DNA of 27,261 nucleotides. Source: Deltaproteobacteria bacterium (GTDB taxonomy: Bacteria > Desulfobacterota > Anaeroferrophillalia > Anaeroferrophillales > Tharpellaceae). The notes beneath the pieces are model-generated. The model saw only the letters and a program-made list of their open reading frames with translations. It made no database searches and was not told the origin of the DNA. The DNA is taken from NCBI GenBank assembly GCA_013153415.1, contig JAADEO010000106.1:1-27261 (forward strand), in the 5' to 3' direction. The position numbers and the translations under genes were made by a program. Shown here piece after piece: positions 8,412 through 16,913 of the stretch; position 1 is the first letter of the stretch; each line of letters opens with the position of its first letter.

Positions 8412-8453
8412 CGAAAAAGTTCGTTAGGTTGCGGAGTTTATCCCCGCACCGGA

Positions 8454-9560
8454 TTATTCCCGCAGGCGCAGTTTCTGGCCGATCATGATCTTCGAGCCGG
8501 AGAGCCGGTTGAGTCGGCGCAGTCTCGCAGTCGGAATGTGAAAACGCCGACTGATCGCGCCCAGGGTATCCCCCGGCTTGACGGTATAGAAGCGTTGCCC
8601 GGCCGCGGCCGGTTGCGGAGGCAGGGTTCTGATGATGGCCATCGGGTCCTGCCGGCAGTTTTGCGGCAGCAGCAGGGTGAAACGCCCTCGGGGCAGAAAA
8701 GTGCTGATGAACTGGGGATTGAGTTTTTTCAGGGTATGATAAGTGGTTCCCAGGCCCTTGGCGAAATCGGTCAGCCGGTACCTCTGTTTGAGGTTGAGTG
8801 TCACCCGGTGGTTGGGCAGGGGCTGATAGTACTGGTCAGCGGGAATCCGGAAACCGTAGCGGTCGGGATTGGTGATGATCAGCTTGATGGCGGCCAACCG
8901 GTAGAGATAGCGTTCGCTTTCCGCCGGCAGGCTGAGATGGTAGTAGCTGTTGGCCTGCTGCATTGAAATTGCCGCAGACACCCGTTTTTCGCCACAGTTG
9001 TAGGCGGCCAGGGCCAGGGCCCAGGTGCCGAATTTCTCTTTGAGAAAGGCCAGGTAGGAGATCGCTGCCTGGGTGGAGCGCAGGGGATCCAGACGTTCGT
9101 CGAGGTCGGCGGTGATTCTCAGGCCCTGACGTTTGCCGGTGTGTTTCATGAATTGCCAGAGGCCGGCGGCTCCGGCCCGGGAGTGGATGTTCTCCAGCAG
9201 CGAGCTTTCGATTACCGGCAGGTACTTGAGGTCGTCGGGAAGCCCGGCCTGGTGCAGCTGTTGTGAGAAGAACGGCAGGTAGCGCCGGCTGCGTTTGAGC
9301 CAGAGAATTACTTGTGGGTGGTTGTAGACGACGATGGTGAATTCCCGGTCCAGCATCTCCCGGCCATGCCGCTTGTCAAGCGGCAGTCGTTCACCACAGA
9401 AAGAGAGTTGTGACGGGGGAGTGAAGATCGGCACCGTCCAGCCGGGCGAAATTGAGGGAGTAGCTTCCGTCGCCCCGGCCGGAACGGTGGCGATGACGGG
9501 GAAAAGTAATATAAAAAGCAGGGAAAATAATTTGTTTCGACAGCGACGCATGCGGTACAT
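8454..9560 (-). CDS. Lytic transglycosylase (SLT domain, MltD-like) with C-terminal LysM
   Basis: IESSL (catalytic Glu), AAGLWQFM, LDERLDP, ALAAYNCGE and LysM YTVKPGDTLGAIS..LRRLN. The ORF is open from TTG 9596, but ATG 9560 or 9551 is the more likely start. Confidence 0.92.
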   Translation of the reverse strand: MYRMRRCRNKLFSLLFILLFPVIATVPAGATEATPSISPGWTVPIFTPPSQLSFCGERLPLDKRHGREMLDREFTIVVYNHPQVILWLKRSRRYLPFFSQQLHQAGLPDDLKYLPVIESSLLENIHSRAGAAGLWQFMKHTGKRQGLRITADLDERLDPLRSTQAAISYLAFLKEKFGTWALALAAYNCGEKRVSAAISMQQANSYYHLSLPAESERYLYRLAAIKLIITNPDRYGFRIPADQYYQPLPNHRVTLNLKQRYRLTDFAKGLGTTYHTLKKLNPQFISTFLPRGRFTLLLPQNCRQDPMAIIRTLPPQPAAAGQRFYTVKPGDTLGAISRRFHIPTARLRRLNRLSGSKIMIGQKLRLRE

Positions 9561-9567
9561 GAACCGG

Positions 9568-9596
9568 ATCCTAGTGTTTTTTTGACTGCGCGTCAA
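9568..9596 (-). promoter_or_regulatory. Candidate sigma70 promoter for the MltD-like gene
   Basis: TTGACG-N17-TAGGAT on the minus strand. The -35 is half of a TTGAC-N5-GTCAA palindrome at 9582-9596. Confidence 0.45.
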
Positions 9597-9602
9597 TTAC
9601 TT

Positions 9603-10322
9603 ATGGCGGCCAAGAAAAGAAAAAAGTCATTCTCCCTGGGCTGGTTATGGTGGCCGGGCCTGCTGGTGATCCTGCTGACGGTTGCCGAGGTCTCGCTTTT
9701 CGGGTGGGCCAAACCGCCGTTGACGGTGCCCGACGCGGTGGCTTGGGGACGTTATTATCTCGGCCAGGGACCGCAGCCGCGTTCTCGGCCCTGGGTTGCG
9801 CTCGCAGACATCTCTCCTGAATTGCGCCGGGCGGTAATCGCCTCCGAAGATCAGCGTTTTCTCCGCCATCACGGTTTCGATTTCATCGAACTGGGTCAGG
9901 CCCTGCGATCACTGCGCGAGGGGGGGCATTTACGGGGAGCGAGCACGATATCGATGCAGACCGCCCGGACCATGTTTCTCTGGCCCGCCCGCAGCTGGCT
10001 CAGGAAACTGGCGGAAGCCTATTATACCCTGTGGCTGGAATTGATCTGGAGCAAGGAGAAGATTCTCGAGTTTTATCTCAACAGTGTCGATTGGGGTCCC
10101 GGTATAAGGGGCATCGAAGCTGCGGCCCGCTACTATTTCAATTGTTCAGCCGCAAGCCTCAATGCCGAGCAGGCCGCTCGTCTGGCAGCAGTTTTGCCCG
10201 GTCCCCATTTCTGGCGTCCGGACCAGCCGAGCGCAGCGGTATTGCGTCGGATTGAATGGATACGCCGGGAAATGCATAAAGTGCCTTTGGTCGGAGCGCA
10301 GCGGTCCCGGGCCAGATTGTGA
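9603..10322 (+). CDS. mtgA: Monofunctional biosynthetic peptidoglycan transglycosylase (GT51)
   Basis: One N-terminal TM segment and all five GT51 motifs: EDQRFLRHHGFD, GASTISMQTAR, RKLAEA, KEKILEFYLN and GIEAAARYYF. Confidence 0.95.
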   Translation: MAAKKRKKSFSLGWLWWPGLLVILLTVAEVSLFGWAKPPLTVPDAVAWGRYYLGQGPQPRSRPWVALADISPELRRAVIASEDQRFLRHHGFDFIELGQALRSLREGGHLRGASTISMQTARTMFLWPARSWLRKLAEAYYTLWLELIWSKEKILEFYLNSVDWGPGIRGIEAAARYYFNCSAASLNAEQAARLAAVLPGPHFWRPDQPSAAVLRRIEWIRREMHKVPLVGAQRSRARL

Positions 10323-10388
10323 GTCGCATAACCCGGGAAAGGTGGAATGATGGTGACATTTTAGCGGACGGTGTTGGTCCACAAAAAC

Positions 10389-10418
10389 TTGACAAATTTG
10401 CATCAACCGTTGTACTCA
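10389..10418 (+). promoter_or_regulatory. Weak candidate sigma70 promoter
   Basis: Perfect TTGACA at 10389 followed by N18 and TACTCA; the -10 is a poor match. Confidence 0.3.
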
Positions 10419-10432
10419 AGAGCCGCAGATTT

Positions 10433-10452
10433 CCGGTTTGACCGGGTTTTTT
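10433..10452 (+). terminator. Short intrinsic-terminator-like hairpin
   Basis: CCGGT-TTG-ACCGG-G-TTTTTT, lying 110 bp after mtgA and 20 bp before the next gene. Confidence 0.4.
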
Positions 10453-10471
10453 ACCGAAAAATCATTTTCTT

Positions 10472-11272
10472 ATGAGCTTTTTCAGAAATTTCCGTTTCCG
10501 CTGCCGTCCCTCCATTACTTCAGAGCCGGCTTGCGCCTGTTCTGAAGCTTCCGATAAGTCCGGGAGCACGGAACAGGGAGGTGAAACCGTCGCTTCCGGG
10601 GAAGAGCGGCTGACAACGGTCGGCAAGGCTCTTTATCAGAGTGGTGAGGGGCGGGTTTTTCTGTTTGGTCTCTTTCTGAGCGTGATTTTTATCGCTCTTT
10701 TGGTCTATTACCTGACCATCAACATCAAAGAGGCCCAGACCCTGTTGCTGGCCTTCGTCGCCCATACCCTGGGCGGCCGGGCGGCCGGGATCGGCATCTG
10801 TATCGCTTTCGGTTTTTCCAAATGGATTACCGTCGTCTACAACATGTTTCTCGAAGTATTGATTGTCTGTTACTGCTACTCGCTGTTTGTTTTCACCTTT
10901 AAGAATTATCTCAATTGCAGATGGCTGACGATCGCTGCCAAAAATGCCGAGAAACAGGCCTTGAAACATAAGGATGCGGTCGCCAAGTACGGTTGGCTGG
11001 GGATCTTCATCTTTGTCATGGTGCCGCTGCCGATTACCGGTCCCGCAGCGGGGTCGATCATCGCCTATTTCCTGAAGTTTTCCATCAAGCGGAACTTCAC
11101 CGCGGTATTCGGTGGCACCCTGGTTTCGATTATCATCTGGACCTGCTTCTTCGACTATCTCGATCACCATATCGCTACCTTCAAATACGTGGTTATTTTC
11201 GTGTTGCTGATCGTGTTCGTCTATTATTTCAAGAGCATCAAAAAATGGTTTACCCAGGAAATCGAGGATTGA
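10472..11272 (+). CDS. Small multi-drug export family membrane protein (Sm_multidrug_ex-like)
   Basis: Several TM helices and the family-typical GWLGIFIFVMVPLPITGPAAGSIIAYFL. The N-terminal 45 aa are low-complexity, so the start is uncertain. Confidence 0.78.
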   Translation: MSFFRNFRFRCRPSITSEPACACSEASDKSGSTEQGGETVASGEERLTTVGKALYQSGEGRVFLFGLFLSVIFIALLVYYLTINIKEAQTLLLAFVAHTLGGRAAGIGICIAFGFSKWITVVYNMFLEVLIVCYCYSLFVFTFKNYLNCRWLTIAAKNAEKQALKHKDAVAKYGWLGIFIFVMVPLPITGPAAGSIIAYFLKFSIKRNFTAVFGGTLVSIIIWTCFFDYLDHHIATFKYVVIFVLLIVFVYYFKSIKKWFTQEIED

Positions 11273-11358
11273 AGACCGCCGGTCCGGCTGAGAGGAGACT
11301 AGAGTTTCAGTCAAGGGATTTGAAATAAGAACATATTGATTTTATCGGGAGAAATTTA

Positions 11359-11637
11359 ATGGAAAAGAAACTGTCACTTAAAGGCGATGTCGCGGATATC
11401 GAAACCTGGGACGAGTTCTCGCGGGAACTTACGGCTGCGGTCAGCAGTGGCGTCGACCGACTGGTTCTCGATATGGAACGGGTTACCTATCTGAATTCCA
11501 GTGCTTTGGGTTCGATTGTCAATGCCCAGAGGAAGATTGCCGAACGGGAAGGAGAGATGGTTCTGGTCAATGTTTCCAAAAAACTGTTGCAGTTTTTTGA
11601 GCTTTACAACCTGACCGAAATCCTGACCATTGGCTGA
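11359..11637 (+). CDS. STAS domain protein (anti-sigma factor antagonist-like)
   Basis: LVLDMERVTYLNSSALGSIV corresponds to the STAS DSSGLG phosphoserine motif. 92 aa; RBS GGGAG. Confidence 0.9.
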   Translation: MEKKLSLKGDVADIETWDEFSRELTAAVSSGVDRLVLDMERVTYLNSSALGSIVNAQRKIAEREGEMVLVNVSKKLLQFFELYNLTEILTIG

Positions 11638-11757
11638 GTTGACCGGAAGTAACCGGGGTGGTCTCCAGCAGGCGCCCCGGCTGTTTCACCTGTTATACCC
11701 ATCCTGACCTAACAATCCCCGTAAAACCATGGGATCGTGCTTTAGCGGCCCGTGGTT

Positions 11758-12594
11758 TCAGAACAGTTCCGCCCTGAGATATTCATTGACCTCTTCCAGG
11801 CTTTCAATAATCAGATCTCGTTTATGAGGAAGTTCCCTGGGACTCAGTTCCAGGGTGACGGCCCCCTCGTAATCACGTTGTTTGAGCATGTAGAGAAAAC
11901 GGGTCAGGGGCAGGATGCCGCGGCCCGGAAAGAGGTGTTCACGATGGTGTCCATAGTCGCTGAAATGGATATTTTTGACCCTGCCGCTGGCCATCAGGCG
12001 CTGGAATTCACCGAGAAAGTTGGGGTTGTGCGAACCAATGTGAGTGGTGTCGAAGGTCATGAAAAGATTGTGCTTTTCAATGAACTTCAGCATGTCTTCC
12101 GATTTCCTCAGGATGTTGGGATTGAAACGGAAACGGCGTCCGACGTAAGGCATGTTCTCGATGGTGACGATAACCTGGCTTTGTTCCACCAGTTGTTGAA
12201 AATCTTCCACCCGGCGGAACCAGCGGAAGAATCTGATTTCCGGAGGAAACCACAGGGGGGGATGGAAGTTTACCAGGGGAATGCCGAAATCCCGGGCCAG
12301 AGCTACACATCGGACCAGGGCCCGGCCCCCGTGTCCCCAGCCTCGCAGCTTGAAGAACGGGGCATGGATTGAAAGTATCGGACAGATTTTAAGCAGCTTT
12401 TCGATTATCCGATGAGGGTCGCCGTCTTCGAAAACCGTGTTGATGATCAGTTCGACCCCGTCAAAGCCACTGTCTGCGGCAATGCTGAAAATTTCCGAAA
12501 GCTTGAAAGTGTAAAGGGTGCCGGCGGAGAGCACGACGGCCCGGCTGGGAGCGGTTATCGGCGGGGCTGGTTGTCGATTTGGTGGCTGTGACAT
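11758..12594 (-). CDS. Sugar phosphate isomerase/epimerase family TIM-barrel protein (xylose isomerase-like/AP endonuclease 2)
   Basis: GFDGVEL, SIHAP, VNFHPP, IENMP, FDTTH, NIHFSD, HLFPGRG and LELS metal-ligand pattern. Confidence 0.88.
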   Translation of the reverse strand: MSQPPNRQPAPPITAPSRAVVLSAGTLYTFKLSEIFSIAADSGFDGVELIINTVFEDGDPHRIIEKLLKICPILSIHAPFFKLRGWGHGGRALVRCVALARDFGIPLVNFHPPLWFPPEIRFFRWFRRVEDFQQLVEQSQVIVTIENMPYVGRRFRFNPNILRKSEDMLKFIEKHNLFMTFDTTHIGSHNPNFLGEFQRLMASGRVKNIHFSDYGHHREHLFPGRGILPLTRFLYMLKQRDYEGAVTLELSPRELPHKRDLIIESLEEVNEYLRAELF

Positions 12595-12830
12595 CGGTTC
12601 GTTGGTCTATGCCGGATTCGGGTTTGGGCTCAAGCAGTCGTCTTAATAGCAAGTGTGGCGCAGAAATAAAACCAAAATCTGTCGACTGCGTATTCCCAGG
12701 GTATTTCATGCGGATGTAACGATCCTAACTGCTTGGCTGCTCAAAGCTTCGTCGGTGTGGGCGGAAGCACTGCCCAACTTCGTAATAACTGCCGGGACCT
12801 GCCGAACGACGCTCCTGGAAGCATGTTTCT

Positions 12831-13766
12831 ATGACCAAGGTTATCACCACAATCATTCCTATTTTCATGCTTATCGGTCTCGGAGCCGGAGTGCGGCGCT
12901 TGGGCTTTATCGAAGATGAATTTGTTCGGGCCGCGAATCGGCTGGTATTCTTTCTGGCGATCCCCGCGCTGGTTTTCCGGGCTTTGAGTCGAGCCTCCTC
13001 CTTGCATTCCGAATTCGATTCCGGTTCGGTGTTCATGATGGTTCTGGCGGTTCTGATCGTCGGGGGAATCGCGGTTTTCTGCAACTGGAGGCGGGGCGGA
13101 AAAGAGAGAGCTTTAGCGGGAACTTTCGCCCAGGCCTCGATTCATGGCAATCTCGGTTATATCGGCCTGGCTGTTTCTTTCTATTACCTGGATGAGAGCG
13201 GTTTCGCCCGGACCAGCATGCTGGTCGGTTTCCTGATGATCCTTCAGAACCTGTTGGGAGTGATCTTTCTGCAGGTCTATTGTGGCGGGAGTGAAAGAAA
13301 AGGTTGTGGTTTTCGGGATCTTTTTTCCCGGGTTCTGCTCAACCCCGTGATCCTGGCCGCGATCGGGGGGATCATCTTCAATCTCAGCCGTCTGCCGATG
13401 CCCGAGATCGGTGACCGGTTTCTAATGATTTTGAGTGGGATGGCTCTGCCGATGGGATTGTTGCTGATTGGCAGCAGTATTACTCCCGCACTCCTGCGGC
13501 GATGGCTGCCGCAAGCCTTCCAGATCGCTTTTCTCAAGCTCTTCCTGCTGCCGGCGGTGGCCGTCGCCCTTTTCCGCTGGGGCGGAATCGAGTCGGCCAA
13601 CCTGGTCCCGGTAATCATCCTCCTGGCGGCCCCGACCGCAACCCTGACCTACGTCATGGCCCGGGAGATGGGCGGTCACGTCGATCTGGCGGTCGCCTCG
13701 GTTTCCCTGACAACCATGCTCTCAGCCTTCAGCTATGCTCTCTGGCTGGGATGGCTGACCTCTTGA
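12831..13766 (+). CDS. AEC (auxin efflux carrier) family transporter, malate/malonate permease-like
   Basis: About 10 TM segments, with NRLVFFLAIPAL, GNLGYIGLAV, NPVILA, KLFLLP and AAPTA..TYVMA motifs. Confidence 0.92.
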   Translation: MTKVITTIIPIFMLIGLGAGVRRLGFIEDEFVRAANRLVFFLAIPALVFRALSRASSLHSEFDSGSVFMMVLAVLIVGGIAVFCNWRRGGKERALAGTFAQASIHGNLGYIGLAVSFYYLDESGFARTSMLVGFLMILQNLLGVIFLQVYCGGSERKGCGFRDLFSRVLLNPVILAAIGGIIFNLSRLPMPEIGDRFLMILSGMALPMGLLLIGSSITPALLRRWLPQAFQIAFLKLFLLPAVAVALFRWGGIESANLVPVIILLAAPTATLTYVMAREMGGHVDLAVASVSLTTMLSAFSYALWLGWLTS

Positions 13767-13785
13767 TGAATTATCAGGGTCTGCT

Positions 13786-14616
13786 TTAAGGAAAAAAACC
13801 TCTGATCCGGCTTGTCAGCGGCCCGGGTCGACCGTTGCCGATGGCATGGCCGTCGACCGTGGTTACCGGCAGCAGGTCCATGGTTGAACTGGTGATGAAG
13901 GCTTCATCGGCTTCCCGCAGCTCCTCCAGCGTGCATTTCCGTTCGCAAACCTCTATTTTCCGGGCTGACGCCTGTTTTATGATGAAGCCCCGGGTGATGC
14001 CGGCCAGGATGTGATGGTCGGCCGGAGGGGTGAACAGAGTGTCGTTTTTGACAAAGAAGATGTTAGCAGCGGTGCACTCTCTGATAGTGTCGTCAGCGCA
14101 GACGAACAGGGCTTCCCGGCAACCCTTCTCCACGGCCTGTTGCTTCATCATGACGTTGGGCAGCAGGGCGATGCTTTTGATGTCGCAGCGAGCCCAGCGG
14201 ATCTCCGGGACCGTAATTATTCCGATGCCTTCCTGCCCAAGTTCGGGGGGGTATTCAGGACGGGGGCGGAATGTCAGCAGCAGGTTCGGTTCCAGATCGC
14301 CAGGGTAATCGTGGCGGCGGGGAGCCGTTCCTCGGGTAACCTGGAGATAGACCATGGTTTCGGCAAAACCGGCTTTCGCGATGCCGGTGGCGATTAGCTT
14401 TTCGAGTTGGGAAAGGGGAGCCGGCAGTCGCAGGTTGATGCCGGCGGCGCTGTGCTCCAGCCGTGCAAGGTGCTCTGGCTGCAGAAACGGTCTGCCCTCC
14501 CGGGTGACAATTACTTCATAAATGCCGTCGGCGAAAAGATAACCGCGGTCATTGACCGGTACCCGGGCCTCGGCCAGGGGTATGAACGAATTTTCCAGGT
14601 AAGCTAATTCCGGCAT
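13786..14616 (-). CDS. dat: D-amino-acid aminotransferase (PLP fold type IV)
   Basis: DRGYLFADGIYEV, HLARL, YLQVTRG..PRRH, CDIKSIALL (PLP Lys), ECTAANIF, ILAGITR and EAFITSS. The RxH motif favours DAT over the branched-chain IlvE. Confidence 0.85.
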   Translation of the reverse strand: MPELAYLENSFIPLAEARVPVNDRGYLFADGIYEVIVTREGRPFLQPEHLARLEHSAAGINLRLPAPLSQLEKLIATGIAKAGFAETMVYLQVTRGTAPRRHDYPGDLEPNLLLTFRPRPEYPPELGQEGIGIITVPEIRWARCDIKSIALLPNVMMKQQAVEKGCREALFVCADDTIRECTAANIFFVKNDTLFTPPADHHILAGITRGFIIKQASARKIEVCERKCTLEELREADEAFITSSTMDLLPVTTVDGHAIGNGRPGPLTSRIRGFFP

Positions 14617-15233
14617 CAGTTCTTTCCTCCATTTTGGCGACCGGTCGGCAGGTTGCTGGTGATAAAGCCACTGATGTCATCCGATTCCAGCCGGTCGAGT
14701 TGGGCCCTGATCTTTGCCAGCGGCCAGTCCCACCAGGCGATCTCGAGCAAGTTCTCGATCTCTGCGGGAGAGAACCGGAAACCGAGGCTGCGGGCCGGGT
14801 TGCCCGCGACTATTTCATAATCGCCGACATCTTTGCTGACTACGGCCCCAGCGGCGACGACGGCGCCAGAACCGATCCGGACCCCGGAAAGGATCAGGGC
14901 GTTGCGCCCGATCCAGACCTCATGGCCGATGATGATGTCTCCCTTGCCGACAGGGTGGGCCGGATTTTCAGGAAAATCGGGTAAAAGCCGGCCGAATGGG
15001 TAGGTACTGATCCAGTCGCTGCGGTGGTTGCCGTCGACCAGCAGTTGGACTCCATCGGCGATCGAACAGAATTTGCCGATTTCGACCCGGTACTTTTTCG
15101 ACCAGCGGTGAATCTCGGGTCGTCCGTAGGTGTAGGAGCCGATGGAGATGTTCTCTTTTTGGATCAGATCGGCTGTAAAAGGAGAAGCTGCCCGGGATTT
15201 CCGGCCGCCGAACCATTTTTTCAACAATCCCAT
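14616..15233 (-). CDS. CatB/Vat-related hexapeptide-repeat O-acetyltransferase (xenobiotic acyltransferase family)
   Basis: IGSYTYG, IGKFCSIA, GNHRSDWISTYPF (catalytic His), VWIG..ILSGVRIGSGAVVAAGAVV, GNPAR and IAWWDWP. ATG at 15233; the stop overlaps the dat start (TGATG). Confidence 0.9.
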   Translation of the reverse strand: MGLLKKWFGGRKSRAASPFTADLIQKENISIGSYTYGRPEIHRWSKKYRVEIGKFCSIADGVQLLVDGNHRSDWISTYPFGRLLPDFPENPAHPVGKGDIIIGHEVWIGRNALILSGVRIGSGAVVAAGAVVSKDVGDYEIVAGNPARSLGFRFSPAEIENLLEIAWWDWPLAKIRAQLDRLESDDISGFITSNLPTGRQNGGKN

Positions 15234-15263
15234 ATGCCTCAATGCCGGGGGCGGGTTTCTGAA

Positions 15264-16871
15264 TCAGGGGACAAAGATATTGCCCCGGTTCAAAAGCAGG
15301 TCGGGGTCGACGGCGGCCTTGCAGTTTTTCAGCTGGCCGATCGCGTTCTCATCGTAAAGTACCAGAAAATCCTTGCGTTTACGTTTGCCGGTACCGTGTT
15401 CACCGGAGTAGACGCCACCCAGTTCCACCGCCTTGGCAATAATCTGGTCGTAAAGGCGAGCGGCGCTTTCCAGGGTTTCCCGGCGCGGCAGCAGGGTGAA
15501 ATGCAGGTGGCAGTCGCCCAGGTGGCCGAAAGAGAGGTAGTCGATTTTCTCCTGTTGCAGCCGGGTATGGATGAAATCGAGGAATTCGGCGAAAGCGGCC
15601 GGTGGTACCAGAGCATCGGTCATGATCGTATAGGTCCGGTATCGTTGAATGATCTCTAACGCATTGGCTGGCATCGAGTGCCGGGCTTCCATGAAAAGCC
15701 GCCGTTTGGGTGGGGTGTCGAGCAGGATCACGGCCTCGGCTTCGATATCGCATCCGGCTTCGAGAATCCGGTTGAACCAGAGTTCGGTTTGTGTTTTGAG
15801 TTCGGCTGCCGTGGTCGGGATCTGGAGATAGATGGCGACCTGATTGTCTTTGAAAAAGAGTCGTTCCCGGTGATCCATGTAGTTGCGGCTGTTGACGCCG
15901 AAATACTCGAAGGCGCTGAGGGAACTGAGATTGCCGGACAGCACCCGGTCCAGGTATTGGTAGAAAGCCAGTGCCCGGTTTTCATCCGGCAGAGAGAAGA
16001 AGAGATCGAGATAGGTTTCGGGACAGGTGGCCAGTTTCAGGGTGCAGCCGGTGACCAGGCCGAAAATTCCCTCACTGCCGATGAACATGTCGATCAGGTC
16101 GATGCGGCCGTCGGGTGATGAGTAGGGACCGCTGGCGTTCTTGATCGCCGGCCGGGGATAGGTGGGAACCGGCCAGACGGTTTCCCGACCGTTATCGATC
16201 AGGATAAAACGTCCGTTTTCCGAGATATGCCGGCCGCGCCGGGTACTGATCCTGGTGCCATCGGGCAGCAGGACATCGAGAGCCTCGACCCATTCCCGGG
16301 TAGCACCGATTTCGCCGGGGATGAAACCGGAAGCGTTGCAGGCGATGGTGCCGCCGACCCAGGCATCGCCCCGGCTGGTGGGATCGACCGGGTAATAGAG
16401 GCGGTTTCCGGTCTCCTTGAGCACCTGCTCCCGCAGGTCTTCGAGAATAATATTGACCGGAGCCGTAACCTCGCGGCCGTCCACGTCGATTCTGATCGCC
16501 GGTTCCCTGAAAGAGGCGGTCGACAGGACAATTCCCCCTTCGGCGGTGGCGCTGCCGGTCAGGTTGGAGCGTCCCCCGGAAAGGGTGACGGGGATTTTCG
16601 CGGCTCGTGCGGCCCTGAGCACTGCCGCCGCTTCTCTTTCATCTTCCGGGCGGGCCAGGGCCTCGGCCCGGGCCGGCAGGTTGGAACTGTCGGCAGCGTA
16701 ACCGGAAACAATATCGGGATCGAGGGTCAGGGCGACGCCGAAGTTCTGATGCAGAAAAGCGGCGATCTCCGGCAGATTCTCAATTCCCTGTCTTTGACCG
16801 CAGAATTCATCGATAAATTCGTACTCCCGGGGGCTCAGAACCTTTTCCACGGTAATGCTGGCGCAACTCAT
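15264..16871 (-). CDS. FAD-binding oxidoreductase, GlcD/D-2-hydroxyacid (D-lactate) dehydrogenase type
   Basis: VTLSGGRSNLTG, VDPTS..AWVGGTIACNASG, FIGSEGIFG, GHLGDCHLH and SGEHGTG. ATG at 16871 follows GAGGAG. Confidence 0.9.
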   Translation of the reverse strand: MSCASITVEKVLSPREYEFIDEFCGQRQGIENLPEIAAFLHQNFGVALTLDPDIVSGYAADSSNLPARAEALARPEDEREAAAVLRAARAAKIPVTLSGGRSNLTGSATAEGGIVLSTASFREPAIRIDVDGREVTAPVNIILEDLREQVLKETGNRLYYPVDPTSRGDAWVGGTIACNASGFIPGEIGATREWVEALDVLLPDGTRISTRRGRHISENGRFILIDNGRETVWPVPTYPRPAIKNASGPYSSPDGRIDLIDMFIGSEGIFGLVTGCTLKLATCPETYLDLFFSLPDENRALAFYQYLDRVLSGNLSSLSAFEYFGVNSRNYMDHRERLFFKDNQVAIYLQIPTTAAELKTQTELWFNRILEAGCDIEAEAVILLDTPPKRRLFMEARHSMPANALEIIQRYRTYTIMTDALVPPAAFAEFLDFIHTRLQQEKIDYLSFGHLGDCHLHFTLLPRRETLESAARLYDQIIAKAVELGGVYSGEHGTGKRKRKDFLVLYDENAIGQLKNCKAAVDPDLLLNRGNIFVP

Positions 16872-16913
16872 GTTCTCTCCTCTCATCTAATAGCCGGAGG
16901 TTGGGGTACCGGA

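Noticed and set aside
8436-8470. GTTTATCCCCGC, a 12-nt match to the type I-E CRISPR repeat, with a similar ATTATTCCCGCAGGCGC nearby
   Set aside because: There is no full palindromic repeat, no regular spacing and no cas genes, and the second copy is the coding end of the LysM gene.
14616-15233. Possible catB/vat antibiotic-resistance gene
   Set aside because: Family motifs alone do not show resistance. It is embedded in a metabolic operon with no integron, IS or compositional anomaly.
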